Virus record (IMG/VR): IMGVR_UViG_3300044667_000075
Location: 1 to 64,000 of that record
Direction: 5' to 3' (one strand)
DNA length: 64,000 nt
Origin: a virus
Taxonomy: Duplodnaviria > Caudoviricetes
Part shown: positions 47,606 through 58,331 of the stretch, one piece after another
Position numbering within the stretch: position 1 is the first letter of the stretch
Layout of the letters: each line of letters opens with the position of its first letter
Translations under genes and position numbers: made by a program
Notes under the pieces: model-generated
Seen by the model: only the letters and a program-made list of their open reading frames with translations
Told to the model about the DNA's origin: nothing
The model's database searches: none

Positions 47606-48164
47606 CAGGGTTCTCCTCGGGTCGTTCAAGCGCGGCCGTCAGGGTCGGCCACAGCAGGTCATTACGGCCCGGCTCCAGGTCCTCGACATAGACCCACCAG
47701 GCATCAGCGAGTACGAGAGAAGCCCACTCCCCGCGCGCCCCCTTGCCAGGGCACTGCCAGGGGGAGGGATACGGGAACCGGGGGAACCGGCTGCCGCACT
47801 CGTGGACCCGGCCCCGGCACGCGGACAGCTTCAGCGGAGTCCCCGCAACCGCAGCACGCATCCGGGCCACGGCGCCATCAGAGGCGAAACCCGCCACCCA
47901 CGTGTTCCACGACTCGCCATCCACGGTCTCCGCGAGCTGGGAGTTCTCCGTGACGAACCCGTTCCGGTTCAAGGTCGTGAGGGCATCCTTCAGCGGGCCC
48001 GTTTCCGGGTCGGCCGGGGCCGGGTGGCTTGGCGTCCCGCCGACCTCGCCGCGCATCCACGCGATGACAAGCTCGCCGAGATCGGCCATGGACTGCGCGC
48101 CCTTCCACCGGGCGGCGTCCTGCCTGCGCTTGCGGAAGGCGGCAAGGAGATCGCGGGCGCTCAT
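47605..48164 (-). CDS. DUF6919-like protein (stop probably lost to an indel near 47608)
   Basis: W..AQSMADLGEL..AW...PADPET..L..LNRNGFVTENSQ. Confidence 0.55.
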
Positions 48165-48544
48165 GCTGCTTGCTCCTCTTGCTGGCAGGCGGCCTGGTTG
48201 CGGGCCTGCTTGGCTGCGTCTTTCCGTGCCTGCGCCTCGAGCAGGGCTTCCCGCCGGGCGTAGTACGCCGCGTCGTCCGCGGCGATGATGTCTTCGAGGG
48301 TCTCGCCAGCCTTGAGCCGCTTGGGCATGGCGCGGCGGGGGAATTCGGCGAACCCGCCCCAGATCCCGACGTCGATCGCGTGGTCCAGGGCGTAGGCGAG
48401 GCACGTGACCCGGGATGGGCAGCGGCGGCACACTGACGTGGCCCGGGTCACGTTCTCTCCCGGGCCGGGGAAGAACAGCTCGGGGTCGGTGAACTCGCAG
48501 GGAAGGCCGGTCTGCAGGGCGGCCAGGCTCACGTCGGCGGTCAT
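48161..48544 (-). CDS. whiB: WhiB-family transcription factor
   Basis: C..TDPELFF...VCRRCP....CL.YA....GIWGG. Confidence 0.9.
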   Translation of the reverse strand: MTADVSLAALQTGLPCEFTDPELFFPGPGENVTRATSVCRRCPSRVTCLAYALDHAIDVGIWGGFAEFPRRAMPKRLKAGETLEDIIAADDAAYYARREALLEAQARKDAAKQARNQAACQQEEQAA

Positions 48545-49234
48545 TTCTTGCCTCCGCCCTTCTTGCGCAGAGGTGTCAGCGACGCGGACGTCTCGGCCAG
48601 TTTCCCCCGCAGCTTGCCCGCCGCGCGGCGGGCGGAGTCCCGGTCTTCACGGCGGGCTTCCGCTGCGGCGGCCCCGGCGATCCGGCCGAGGCCTCGCCGG
48701 GCCTGGTCGCGGGTGACCAGGCCGCGGTCGATGAACACCTGGAGGGCTGCCCCAAGGTCGGTGGTATCGGCCATCACGCGGCCCTCCTCTGGGCGGGGAC
48801 CGCGGGCGTCACCGAGAACCTGACTATGACCTTGACCGCCGCGGCGAACTCCTCCTCGGTGATCAGGCCAAGGCGGGACGCCTCGATGATCCGGTCCACG
48901 TGCGGGACGTCCGGGGCATCGGACAGGACGCACGCCCGCTGAGGACGGACCCCGCACAGGCCGCAACGGGCGCCGAGGGCCTTGGTGAAGATCTCGCGGA
49001 GGTCCATCACGGCACCGACGCGGCCCTGATCGCGGCCAGGGACCGGTCCAGATGAGCGGCCAGACCAGGACAGGCCAGTTCCGCGGCGGCCAGGTCCGGC
49101 AGGCCGAACTCCTCCAGCAGCGTCTCCGGGTGACCGGAGGACGACAGCAGGACGGACAGTCCCGCAGCGGTCGTCTCCTCGCTGGCCGGGCGTGGCGTCC
49201 GCCGGTAGTCGGCCAGGCGTGTTATGGTGCCCAT
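48541..49234 (-). CDS. Three small coupled genes (48541-48774, 48774-49007 Zn-finger, 49007-49234)
   Basis: TGATG overlaps. Confidence 0.5.
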
Positions 49235-49732
49235 GAGTCAGCCTTTCTGTAGGGCTACGGTCGGCATGGCTTCCAGCGGCGCGAGTGTTTCCGGCACCCG
49301 CGCCGCTCTCGTTTGCAGTGACTACCCGTGCACCGGGCAGGGCAGCGGCTTCCCGCACAGCCAGCCCTTCGCGATCTCCGCCGGGCAGTACCCTCCGCAC
49401 TGGACGGGCGGCGGGACCGGGACCTGGGCAGGCAGCGTGGTCAGGGTCATACGGGAGTACATGGCAATCCCCTTCCTGTGGGTGCCCGCGGAAAAGGCGA
49501 GCTGACGAGGCTCGGGGAAGCTTCGTCATCAGCCCGGCTCTTACGAAGGCACCCGCCAGCAGGGAGGACGCTACTTGCCCTTGCTGTTCGGGCACGGGGG
49601 CAGCTTGTCCCCGTGCTTGATGCCGCTGGTGCCGTACTTGCTGTCGCACGACGGGCAGGGCTTCATTCCCATGGTCATTTCCTCTCGGGGGGATCGTGTA
49701 CGGGGTGCGGGACATCACGGCCACCGCCTGCA

Positions 49733-50264
49733 TTACGGGCTCTGCGATCTCGCGGACCACGGCACCGGGCAGGACCCGGCCGGGCTCCAGCAGCGCGGCG
49801 ACCTGGCCTATCACCGGCCACATCCGCCGGACCAGCGCGCGTGCGCTCTTGCGGGCCGACGCCATCGTCATGTAACCCGAGCACTTCAGGTCCTCGGCGG
49901 CGGCGCGGATATCATCGAGACCGCCCGTCGCATCCGCTTCGGCGCGGGCCGCAGCCAGCGTCATCCCGGACACCTCATGCAGGCGGCGGGCCTCAGCCTC
50001 AGGGCCGGCCAGGCCGGCGACCGCGTGCCACTCCAGTTGGGAGTCCTGGAGCCACGCTCCGCGGCGGCTCGCGGTCATCCGGGTCAGGCCGGACACCTTC
50101 CACTGCCTGCCGCCACGCCACCGGGACTCGATCGTGACGCTGACGGAGTGCAGCGGCAGGCCCGCGACCACGTAGGCAACAGCGTGACCGGCCTCATGCC
50201 AGCACGTCAGGTCCACCTCCGGCGCGAGGTGCTCAGCCACGTGAAGCGGAACGATGGGGGACAT
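49733..50264 (-). CDS. Zincin metallopeptidase (FtsH/M41-like HEAGH), 3' end uncertain
   Basis: WHEAGHAVA...LAGPEAE...DD. Confidence 0.65.
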
Positions 50265-50266
50265 CC

Positions 50267-50488
50267 TCACCGGCCCCGCTCGCGGTTCGCGGCGATGATC
50301 TGGGCCTTGCGGGCGTCGCGGGCGATCCGCCCGGCCCGCGTGCGGGTGTCGCCGCCGTTCCGCTCCCGGTCCTCGGTGCACACGACACGGTGGCCGCGCT
50401 CGATCAGGTCACCGGGGAGGCTGCCGTAACCCTCATGCATGTCGCCCTGATCCCAGCGGTCGTCACGGGTCTGGGGGGTGCGGGACAT
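50267..50488 (-). CDS. Hypothetical protein
   Basis: ORF in operon. Confidence 0.5.
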   Translation of the reverse strand: MSRTPQTRDDRWDQGDMHEGYGSLPGDLIERGHRVVCTEDRERNGGDTRTRAGRIARDARKAQIIAANRERGR

Positions 50489-50489
50489 C

Positions 50490-50741
50490 TCAGGCCGCCC
50501 TCTCTTCTAGCTCGGCCGCGACGCCCGTGAGCCGCGACGCCAGTTCATCGGCTGGGGGAAGCGCCTCATCCAGCAGGCCGGTCAGCACGTGGCTCAGCGC
50601 CTCGCCCTTGACAAGGGCCAGCATGCGCAGGCGCCGGTCAACCGCGGCGGTGATCCGCGTCGCCAGCCGAACGTCGTATGCCATGGAGCGAGGCCCCTCC
50701 TCGGACGGTGACAGCGTTCCTGTTCGCTGCCTTGCTTGCAT
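50490..50741 (-). CDS. Ribbon-helix-helix protein
   Basis: RLATRITAAVDRRLRMLA...LSHVL. Confidence 0.6.
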   Translation of the reverse strand: MQARQRTGTLSPSEEGPRSMAYDVRLATRITAAVDRRLRMLALVKGEALSHVLTGLLDEALPPADELASRLTGVAAELEERAA

Positions 50742-50853
50742 GTCGCCATGGTGGCACAATGGCGGCATGGAGTCAACCCCCACGCCAGAAGGGAATGCTG
50801 TACCGTGGCGACTATGTGCACAGTGATGCACAGAGTCACGGAAAGGCCCCTAT

Positions 50854-51246
50854 GTGAGCGGACCGAAATACCAGCAGGTCGCGGATGCGGTCCTGGCGAT
50901 GATCGCGTCAGGCGAGATCGGCGACGGGATCACCCTCGGCCGGATCCGGGAACTGACCGGCGCGACGGACGCCACATCCCGCAAGGCCGCGAACGAGCTC
51001 GTGAGCGCAGGGATCCTGGAGAACCACCCCGGAGCCCCCTACACGGTGCGGGTCACCGCCGAAGAGGCCGCTGCGGCGCGGCTGGACAACCGGCCGCTCA
51101 AAGACCAGATAGCCGAGATGCGGCACGAACTGGGCGACCTGCGCCGACGTCTCGGTCACATGGAGGCCGAGCTCGCCACCATGACCGGGAAACCACGCGG
51201 AGGCACCCGTGAGCAGGCAAAGACGGCCAGCGGCGGTCACCGGTAG
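50854..51246 (+). CDS. GntR-family (KorA/TraR-like) regulator
   Basis: PKYQQVADAV...IASGE...T.RKA..ELVSAG; divergent from transfer operon. Confidence 0.75.
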   Translation: MSGPKYQQVADAVLAMIASGEIGDGITLGRIRELTGATDATSRKAANELVSAGILENHPGAPYTVRVTAEEAAAARLDNRPLKDQIAEMRHELGDLRRRLGHMEAELATMTGKPRGGTREQAKTASGGHR

Positions 51247-52012
51247 CGCCGAGGTCGTCAGTATCGGGGCGGGCGGAACGCACCGGCCCAACTACTTCCG
51301 CCTCGCCTGCGGTCAGGTCGCCGCGGCCCGCCGGAACCTCGGCCTAAGCCGCGAGGGCTTCGCCCGGCACATCTACGAGGAGACCGGCTGGGATGTCCTG
51401 CCGGAAACCATCACCGCGTGGGAAGACGACGTGCGGCCACCTGGTGACGTAGTGCTCGCCTGCATGGCCGCAGCGCAAGGGCTGGCGGCGACCGACACGC
51501 CCCTGCTGGATGACGTGCCGCCCGCCTTCCCCGTCGAGGCCCTGGCCGGGCCGTGGGTTAGCACCTACCGGTTCAGCCACGCTGGCCGCCCCCAGCACCA
51601 CGCCGACATCGCCCACGTCACCGCGCTGCCAGGCAACCGGGTGCGGATCGTGAACCACCCGCCGGAGCCTCGAAGCGAAGGGCGGCGCCGGTCGTTCCGC
51701 AACGAGATCCACGCGGCGCTGTACGGCCGGCACCTCATCGGGCAGTGGCGGAACGTCAGCGACACCCGCTACTACGGCACCGTGCAGCTGGCCGTCCTCC
51801 CCGGCGAGATCGTCATGGAAGGGTGCTACGCGGGGGTAGCCAGCGACATTGAGGTGTCGTCCGGCGACTGGAAGTGGGTCCGGCTCGACCCCGGTGACGC
51901 CGAACTCGCCGCGGTCACCTTGCGGGGGCCGGCGCAGCTGTACGAGATCGTGATGGAGCACACCCAGTTCGACGCGCCGCTGACGCTGGCCGAGATCAGA
52001 GAGGACACCTAG
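51209..52012 (+). CDS. XRE-HTH protein with C-terminal beta-rich domain
   Basis: ARRNLGLSREGFA...ITAWE...PPGDV. Confidence 0.7.
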   Translation: MSRQRRPAAVTGSAEVVSIGAGGTHRPNYFRLACGQVAAARRNLGLSREGFARHIYEETGWDVLPETITAWEDDVRPPGDVVLACMAAAQGLAATDTPLLDDVPPAFPVEALAGPWVSTYRFSHAGRPQHHADIAHVTALPGNRVRIVNHPPEPRSEGRRRSFRNEIHAALYGRHLIGQWRNVSDTRYYGTVQLAVLPGEIVMEGCYAGVASDIEVSSGDWKWVRLDPGDAELAAVTLRGPAQLYEIVMEHTQFDAPLTLAEIREDT

Positions 52013-52432
52013 ATGGGGCTGACCAAGGACGACGTGCGCGGAGTCATCGACGTGTACATCAAGGCGTGGGAGGAGCAAGATCCGGACCTCATCGTTACGA
52101 TCTTCACCCCCAGTGCGACTTACCACGAGCGAGTGCTCCGCGATCCGATACCTGGCCGGAACGCGATCCACGACTACTGGGTGTCGAAGGTGGTCGGGGC
52201 GCAGGCGAACATCACCTGCCGGCTGCTGAGCCTGTACCTGGACGGCGACACCGCGATAGCCGAATGGCTGGCCGAGTTCGACGACATAGTGGAGGGCGTG
52301 CGGAAGCGGATGAAGGAGATCGCGGTCCTCGAGTTCGACGGCCACCTGATCTCCGGCCTCCGCGAGTACTGGGCGAGTGAGGAGATCGGCCCGGTGGCCA
52401 GCCTGCGGGAGGAAGGTAATCATGGACTTTGA
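52013..52432 (+). CDS. SnoaL/NTF2-like protein
   Basis: YIKAWEEQD...F...ATY...GRNAI.DYW...LREYW. Confidence 0.85.
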   Translation: MGLTKDDVRGVIDVYIKAWEEQDPDLIVTIFTPSATYHERVLRDPIPGRNAIHDYWVSKVVGAQANITCRLLSLYLDGDTAIAEWLAEFDDIVEGVRKRMKEIAVLEFDGHLISGLREYWASEEIGPVASLREEGNHGL

Positions 52433-52677
52433 CTGTGAGGCTTACGGGGCGGGTGCCCGCGAGGCCGGGGCACTGTGCTTCTTCGCGGGTGCCCTAAACG
52501 CTCGGGTGTGTGACTCGCCGGACGAGTGCCGCCAGAGGATGACCGCCGAGCGGCAGCGCGTGTTCGGCCTGATCCACGAAAAGGCCGCCGCGGGTGACCC
52601 GGACATGGCCTACCTTTGCAAGCGAGTTCACCAACCCGGACCAGATCCTCGGCGGGGGCGAGACTTCTGATGCCTGA
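52422..52677 (+). CDS. Hypothetical protein (probable +1 indel near 52616)
   Basis: MDFDCEAY...; high-GC3 frame continues ASEFTNPDQILGGGETSDA after CTTT. Confidence 0.5.
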
Positions 52678-52690
52678 GGTTCAGGGGTGC

Positions 52691-53035
52691 CTAACGCCAC
52701 TCCCCCCGGCTCCTGGCGGCCTGCCGGATGCTCACGTTCCTGGCGTGCTCGTTCCGGATGTGGCCCTTGCCGAGGTGGCGGGCACCCCACCGGATGATCC
52801 GGCCCCCGTCGCAGTGAGGGGACTGGCAGCGGTGACGGGTCCAGGTGAACACCGCCCCGGGGTACCAGCCCCTCCCCTTGCATCTCCAGTGTGTCATCCT
52901 CGGGTTGAGCCGCAGCGAGATGAAGTACGACACGAACAGGCCGAGGGCGGCGAGGACCAGGCCCAGGCCGTGGCCGAGGATCCAGCCGAACAGCAGGATC
53001 CCGCAGAGGATCCAGGGAAAATGCGACTTCTGCAT
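52691..53035 (-). CDS. Membrane protein with DnaJ-type Zn-finger
   Basis: 2 TM then CKGRG...CDGGR. Confidence 0.6.
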   Translation of the reverse strand: MQKSHFPWILCGILLFGWILGHGLGLVLAALGLFVSYFISLRLNPRMTHWRCKGRGWYPGAVFTWTRHRCQSPHCDGGRIIRWGARHLGKGHIRNEHARNVSIRQAARSRGEWR

Positions 53036-53133
53036 GCCGGATCGTACGTCGGCCCGTGGCCGCTGGGAACTTACCTGAGGGTTAGGGGCGTGTGGCCCCG
53101 TGTCACCAGCACCAGAGGCGGGAGAATGGTCTT

Positions 53134-53871
53134 GTGACTGAACCGTACTACCGGGACGACCTGGTAGCGCTGTACCACGGGGATTGCCGGGAACTGCTCC
53201 CGTTGCTGCCCGCTGCGGACGTCTTTATCACCGACCCGCCGTACGCCTCGGCCGCAGCAACGGTGACCACAGGACGCGGAAAGCAGACATGGGGCGGTAA
53301 CTGGGGTGACATGAGCCTCGTCACCCTCATGGCCGAAGCCACGCTAGGCGCGGCCATGCTGCGGACCGAGCATGAGGTCTACTGGTTCGCCGACCACCTG
53401 AGCTACGCCGCGCTGATGCCGCTGTTCTTCCGCCGGTACCCAGTTGCGCAGTCAATCGTATGGGACAAGGACGCGATTGGCATGGGCGCGTACTACCGGA
53501 AGCAGACCGAGTTCATCGTGTATTGCCGGACCCGGAACGCACCGGAGTTCGCCAGCAAGAACGCGCGGGACCTGATCCGGATCAAGCCTGACTACTCCGA
53601 ACGCGAACACCCCGCGCAGAAGCCGCTGAGGCTCATGCTCGGACTATTGTCCAACAGCGCCACAGGCATCGTACTCGACCCGTACGCGGGCGCCGGGACG
53701 ACTCTCGTCGCTGCCCGGATGCTTGGCCGCTCAGCGATCGGCGTTGAGATCGAGGAGCGGCATTGCGAGACCATCGCGCGGAGGCTGTCTCAAGCCGTCC
53801 TGCTCCCGGTGCCCGAACCGGCCGAGGTCGCGCCCGAGGATCCAGGCCTGTTCGACCTGGAGGCATCGTGA
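53134..53871 (+). CDS. Beta-class N4C/N6A DNA methyltransferase
   Basis: LYHGDC, TDPPY, HPAQKP, VLDPYAGAGTT, IGVEI. Confidence 0.9.
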   Translation: MTEPYYRDDLVALYHGDCRELLPLLPAADVFITDPPYASAAATVTTGRGKQTWGGNWGDMSLVTLMAEATLGAAMLRTEHEVYWFADHLSYAALMPLFFRRYPVAQSIVWDKDAIGMGAYYRKQTEFIVYCRTRNAPEFASKNARDLIRIKPDYSEREHPAQKPLRLMLGLLSNSATGIVLDPYAGAGTTLVAARMLGRSAIGVEIEERHCETIARRLSQAVLLPVPEPAEVAPEDPGLFDLEAS

Positions 53872-54834
53872 ACGCGCGACACGCCGGCTTGCCCGGTAAC
53901 TGTGCGGATACGGTCAGGATGCGGAATGATGGGACGGCAGACGATCCGTCTACGGAGGGTCACCCAATGACATAAAAACCAGCCCCCCGGCTCTCTTGGC
54001 CGAGGGGCGCACGTTCTAACTGAATCCCGAGCTACCGGCCGAGGGGCGGCAACCTAACCGCCGGTTCGCTCTCATCTCGCAGTACCCCGCTAAGCGGGGC
54101 CTCTGCTGTACCCGAAGGTGAGTCCAAGATAGCACCGACCACCGTCGCTGGTGAAGCACGCCCGAAAAACGGCGTGTCGCTGGCGATCCCCGCTCGCGCA
54201 CCACCGCGCATCCTCCTAGCACGGCCAGGCATCCCCGCCTGGTGCCAGTTAGGAGGCCCTGTGCGCATCCTCCTGCTGGCGAGCCTCGGCTGATCCCCGT
54301 GGCGCGTCGCCCGTCAGAGGGGCAGGTCCCGTCATCCCTGATGTCTCTGGGGTGGAGCGCTCGCCCGCTCGTCAACACGCTGGGCCTGGCGAGGGTTCGC
54401 GGGAAGGCCGGGACGATCCGAGGTCCGGTGAGTCTGGTCCCCGCCGAGACGAGCGCACTTGGCGCCCATCCGTGCAGTAGCTCGCACGGCTGTCGCAGAC
54501 GGGACCCATACCGTGGCTCCGGCCGGGGAGGTTGCCTCCTCCCTCCTGCTGACTGGTCTATCTCCGGGGTAGGCCAGTCACTCCCCACCCGTCCACGCAA
54601 CCGGGGAGGGGGGTAAGACCTCAACCCCGGACCCGCAAACCCAAGGACCTGACAGAACCGAAGTACGGACCCTGAAGGAGCTGCCGGGGAAGTTGCGGTG
54701 GCGTTCGGGCGGCTGGACGCCAGGCTCTGTTCCGGGCGCACCCCGCTTCCTTCGAGCTGACAGCTCGCACACCGTCACCTTATCGGCGAGCGCGCCGCAC
54801 CTCGTTTGCAACCTGGGGATGGCAGGCTGATCCC

Positions 54835-56019
54835 ATGAGTGGCGTACTGTGCTCGGCACACCAGCGGGAACTCTACGAAGACGTGCACGACGGCGAGCCG
54901 ATGGGACGGTTCCTGTGCCCGGAACCCGGATGCACGTCGGTCCTTTCTGTGGACCATCTGGCGGCAGTGCGGGATCAGGCGTGGGCAGAGGATCACGGTA
55001 TCCTCGCGCCGGGCTGGCAGACGCTGGGCGGCTGACGAGATGGCCGCCGCTCCGAAGCCTTCCCCGTTCGACCTGTGGCAGCAAGCCGGAGGCGACGGGG
55101 AACACTACCGGGACCTGCTCCGCGAGCATGGCCTGGTGCTGCGTCCGGGTGATGAGGGCTACGACGAGGCCGCGCGTAACCTGCCGTGCGGGTGGCCGGG
55201 GAACCGGGAGGGACTGACGCCATGACCGAGACCACTACTGAGCCGTGCATCTGCGGGACGCCGCTGGACACCTGCCCCCGGTGCGGTGAGCTGATCTGCC
55301 TGGAGTGCGACGACTGGCGTGTGCATCACAGCCTTCGCGGCTGGTTCGGGCGGAACTGGCGGCGGTACGTCAGCAAGTGGTTCGTGCCATGACTAAGACC
55401 GCTAAGGTGATCCCGCTCCAGCCCGGCCGCCCGGCCCCGCTCACCTGCGGCGGCTGCGGCGGCGTGGTAGACGACTGGGTGTGGCTTGACGACGAGTTCG
55501 CCTGGGAGAACGACTTCGAGTGGTGGCGTCACCCTGCGTCGGGCCATGACTTCCTGTGCTCCCGTGGCTGCTGGGTGAAGGTCCACCAGGCGCACTGCGG
55601 CAGCGGAGTCCCGTGCCGTGGCTGATCCCGACGCCGCTTTCCGTGAGCTGGTCGAGCTCACTGAGGAGATGGGCCTGTACGACCCTCCCCCGCGTCCCTG
55701 CTGCCCTGAGTGCGGGTACCGGGTGACGTACGACCTGGACTGCCACACCTGGCCCCGGCGGGACGGCAACGGCGCTGAGCGGTGGATGGCCTGCATGTCA
55801 TGCGACTCGGCCATCAGGTACATCTGCATGCGGGACCTGGACGACGCCGGGGAATGCGGGTGGCGGTACACGCACGGGCTCAACCCTCGCAACCCGCGGG
55901 CGGCGGCGAACGAGGAACGCCGCCCGCCGTGGATACCGGCGGGCCAGGAACTCGGCCCGGCCCTGTCTGCCTGGGTCTGCCCAGGGGTGCCGATGCTCGG
56001 CAGCGACGACGGCCTGTGA
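54835..56019 (+). CDS. Cluster of small Cys-rich genes (54835-55035, 55040-55225, 55222-55392, 55389-55625, 55618-56019)
   Basis: Coupled ORFs with CxxC motifs. Confidence 0.5.
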
Positions 56020-56290
56020 CCGCGGGACGCTGGCTGTGGGTCAGTGAACGTCGCCTCATGGTTCTGCGGCTCGCGTTGTCCCAGCTCGCCATGACCACCG
56101 ACACCGGGCAGGAACGGGCGGACATCGCGGAGATCCCGGCCGACCTCGCGGAGATCCCGGCCACCGGACCCGGGCCGGTCAGCCCAGGCTAGGGCCATCC
56201 CGCACGCGCGTACCCGCGTACGTGCGCGCGTGAATATACGCCACAGGGCATCCCAGCACAAGCACCGAGATGCCCATACGTGCGAGGACG

Positions 56291-56686
56291 TTACTCCGGG
56301 GGTTCCGGGATGGGCAGGTCCGCGTCGGAGGCCGCGGCGACGATCAGGCGACGGGGTACGCCTGCGGCGGCTGCGTCCGTGCACAGCCGCTCCCAGTCCT
56401 GCTCGGATTCGCTAGCCCGCCGCTTCGCCGCCGCTGCCTTCCGCGCGCTGGCTCCCAGCTGCCAGCGCCACCGGCCAAGCTCAGCGCCGCTGAGTTCCGG
56501 GGCAGCCTCAGGTGCGGGGCCGGGCGGTTGAGGCCGTGTACGGCGTCCTGACGGCTTCCTGGGCCGTGCTGGCGCGGCGTCGGCCTCCGCCGGGGGAGCG
56601 GCCTCCCCGGCCCCGTCATCGTCTTCTGCGGCGATCTGCTGCTTGAGGAGGTCTCCCATGCCCCGCCGCTGCCGGGCCGCGTTCAC
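56291..56686 (-). CDS. ParA partner / centromere-binding candidate
   Basis: GTGA overlap with ParA; flexible N-terminus, C-terminal HTH-like AAAAGVPRRLIV. Confidence 0.55.
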   Translation of the reverse strand: MNAARQRRGMGDLLKQQIAAEDDDGAGEAAPPAEADAAPARPRKPSGRRTRPQPPGPAPEAAPELSGAELGRWRWQLGASARKAAAAKRRASESEQDWERLCTDAAAAGVPRRLIVAAASDADLPIPEPPE

Positions 56687-57411
56687 GACGCACCACCGAG
56701 GTTGCGACGGCCGAGGTCAATCAGGAGCTCGGTATGCAGGGCGGCGATGTCCTCCCGGAGTTTCGGCGCGTACCGTTCGTTCCACCGGGTGATCGGCACC
56801 CCCGCCTGGAGGCTGTTGGGCCACGCCCGGTACAAGCGGATCACGGTGCGGAAGTGGCGGATGCCCTGCCGGTCGAGCAGGTCCCACGCGTCCTGGACGA
56901 ACCCGGCGCCATCGGGCCCGATGAGGCGGGGGTCCACCTTGGTCAGCACGACCGCGTACGGCACCCCTGCGGCGGCGACCCGCTTGGCGGTGCGGACGGT
57001 CGGCATGACCGACTCCGGCACGTGGTCGTAGGGGATCAGCACGAACGTGGCCCGCTCGAGCACCTCGTCGAGGACACCCCCGGCATGGTCGAGGGTGCCG
57101 GGGGTGTCGACGTAGATCGAGTCGTAGTCGCGGACTTGGCTGATCCGGGTCAGCTGCTTCGGGTCGAGCTCGTGGATCACGTCGTAGCCGGGGTCGCTCA
57201 TGGCCTGGGTGAGGTCGTAGGCGTTGGCCTGGGGGTCGGTGTCCGCGACGAGGGCCCGGCCGTGGGCGGCGGACGTGTGGGCGGCCAGCTGCATGATGGT
57301 GGCGGTCTTGCCTGAGCCGCCTTTGCCGTTGAGGGCCGCGATGACATAACTGTCCGTTTGCCGGGCATTCCCGGGGAGTGCGCCGCTCTGGGCGGTGGCA
57401 TGGGTTGTCAT
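56683..57411 (-). CDS. parA: ParA/Soj partition ATPase
   Basis: KGGSGKT, DTDPQAN, VDTPG, VVLTKVD. Confidence 0.9.
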   Translation of the reverse strand: MTTHATAQSGALPGNARQTDSYVIAALNGKGGSGKTATIMQLAAHTSAAHGRALVADTDPQANAYDLTQAMSDPGYDVIHELDPKQLTRISQVRDYDSIYVDTPGTLDHAGGVLDEVLERATFVLIPYDHVPESVMPTVRTAKRVAAAGVPYAVVLTKVDPRLIGPDGAGFVQDAWDLLDRQGIRHFRTVIRLYRAWPNSLQAGVPITRWNERYAPKLREDIAALHTELLIDLGRRNLGGAS

Positions 57412-57957
57412 GGGCGGCATCGTCGCATAGCGCGGCGGCCAGGTGAAGGCGTGCGGTAAGGTTTCGGGCTGGATACCGGGACCCTTGGCGGCCCTCTGTC
57501 TCGTTCCTGCGGAGGGCCGCCGCGGGGGTCTGAACCGTGGGGGGTTCGATGGGCGAGGATGAGCGGTCAGCCGAGACACCGGAAGAGACGCACGTGGCCG
57601 GCCTGCTGTCGGGATTAATCCGAGGCGACAGCGACAGTGAAGTCACCCTTTCGGGCCGCTGCGGGCAGTGCGGGTACCAGAGGGGATCGCGGTCGTGCGT
57701 GGTGGTGTGCGGCGAGGAACCGCAGCCTTAGCCTTCCTGCTCCCTGGCGGCACGCTCTGCGTTGATCCGCTGCTGCGCCTCGGCCTGGACGCGGCGCATG
57801 GCCTCGGGCTGGGCTGGCGGGGAGTTGCGGCAGGCGCGGTGTTCGAGCCAGAGGACGGCCAGGCCGGTGAGAATGAGGCCGGTGAACACCCCGGCAAGCT
57901 GCCATAGTGACATTGCGTACCCCCTCAATCACTTAGCGTACCGGCCCGGCGTGCCCG

Positions 57958-58314
57958 GTGCCTGACAGAGGGGGGCGTTACCGTGCGGGCATGATTGACG
58001 CAGCCCCGGCCACGAGGGGGCGGCACCGGGCCCCAGAACAGCGGCAGGACGCCGTGATCCGCGTTGCCCTGCCGCTGCCGCCCGGTGATCCCAGCAACTT
58101 CGACGTGCTCGCGCTGAAGATGGCGATTGAGGAGATCTCCGCGGCGCTGTACTGCGCGGACCTGGAGGACGCGGTGAGCGCCGCGGGGCTTGTCGTGGAG
58201 TTCACGGTCCCTGAGGCGGAGTGCGAGCGGGTGCTGTGGGTGCTGGCGGAGGCGGTGCGGGGTGCGGCAGGGGTGTGCCCCGAGATGGGCGGGGCGACTG
58301 TAACCGGAGGGTGA
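57958..58314 (+). CDS. Hypothetical protein
   Basis: High-GC3 ORF. Confidence 0.45.
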   Translation: MPDRGGRYRAGMIDAAPATRGRHRAPEQRQDAVIRVALPLPPGDPSNFDVLALKMAIEEISAALYCADLEDAVSAAGLVVEFTVPEAECERVLWVLAEAVRGAAGVCPEMGGATVTGG

Positions 58315-58331
58315 GAGTTCCGTCACCTGCA

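Noticed and set aside
46713-48431. 572-aa ORF
   Set aside because: Spans separate genes with their own RBS; probably one missing C at ~47608
48774-50381. 535-aa ORF fusing HEAGH peptidase to downstream genes
   Set aside because: Middle is low-quality, out-of-frame sequence; probably a lost stop (GAG CCC GTA A vs GAG CCG TAA)
52610-52677. CTT-T +1 shift resembling the prfB slippery site
   Set aside because: No stop or hungry codon follows; a homopolymer indel is simpler
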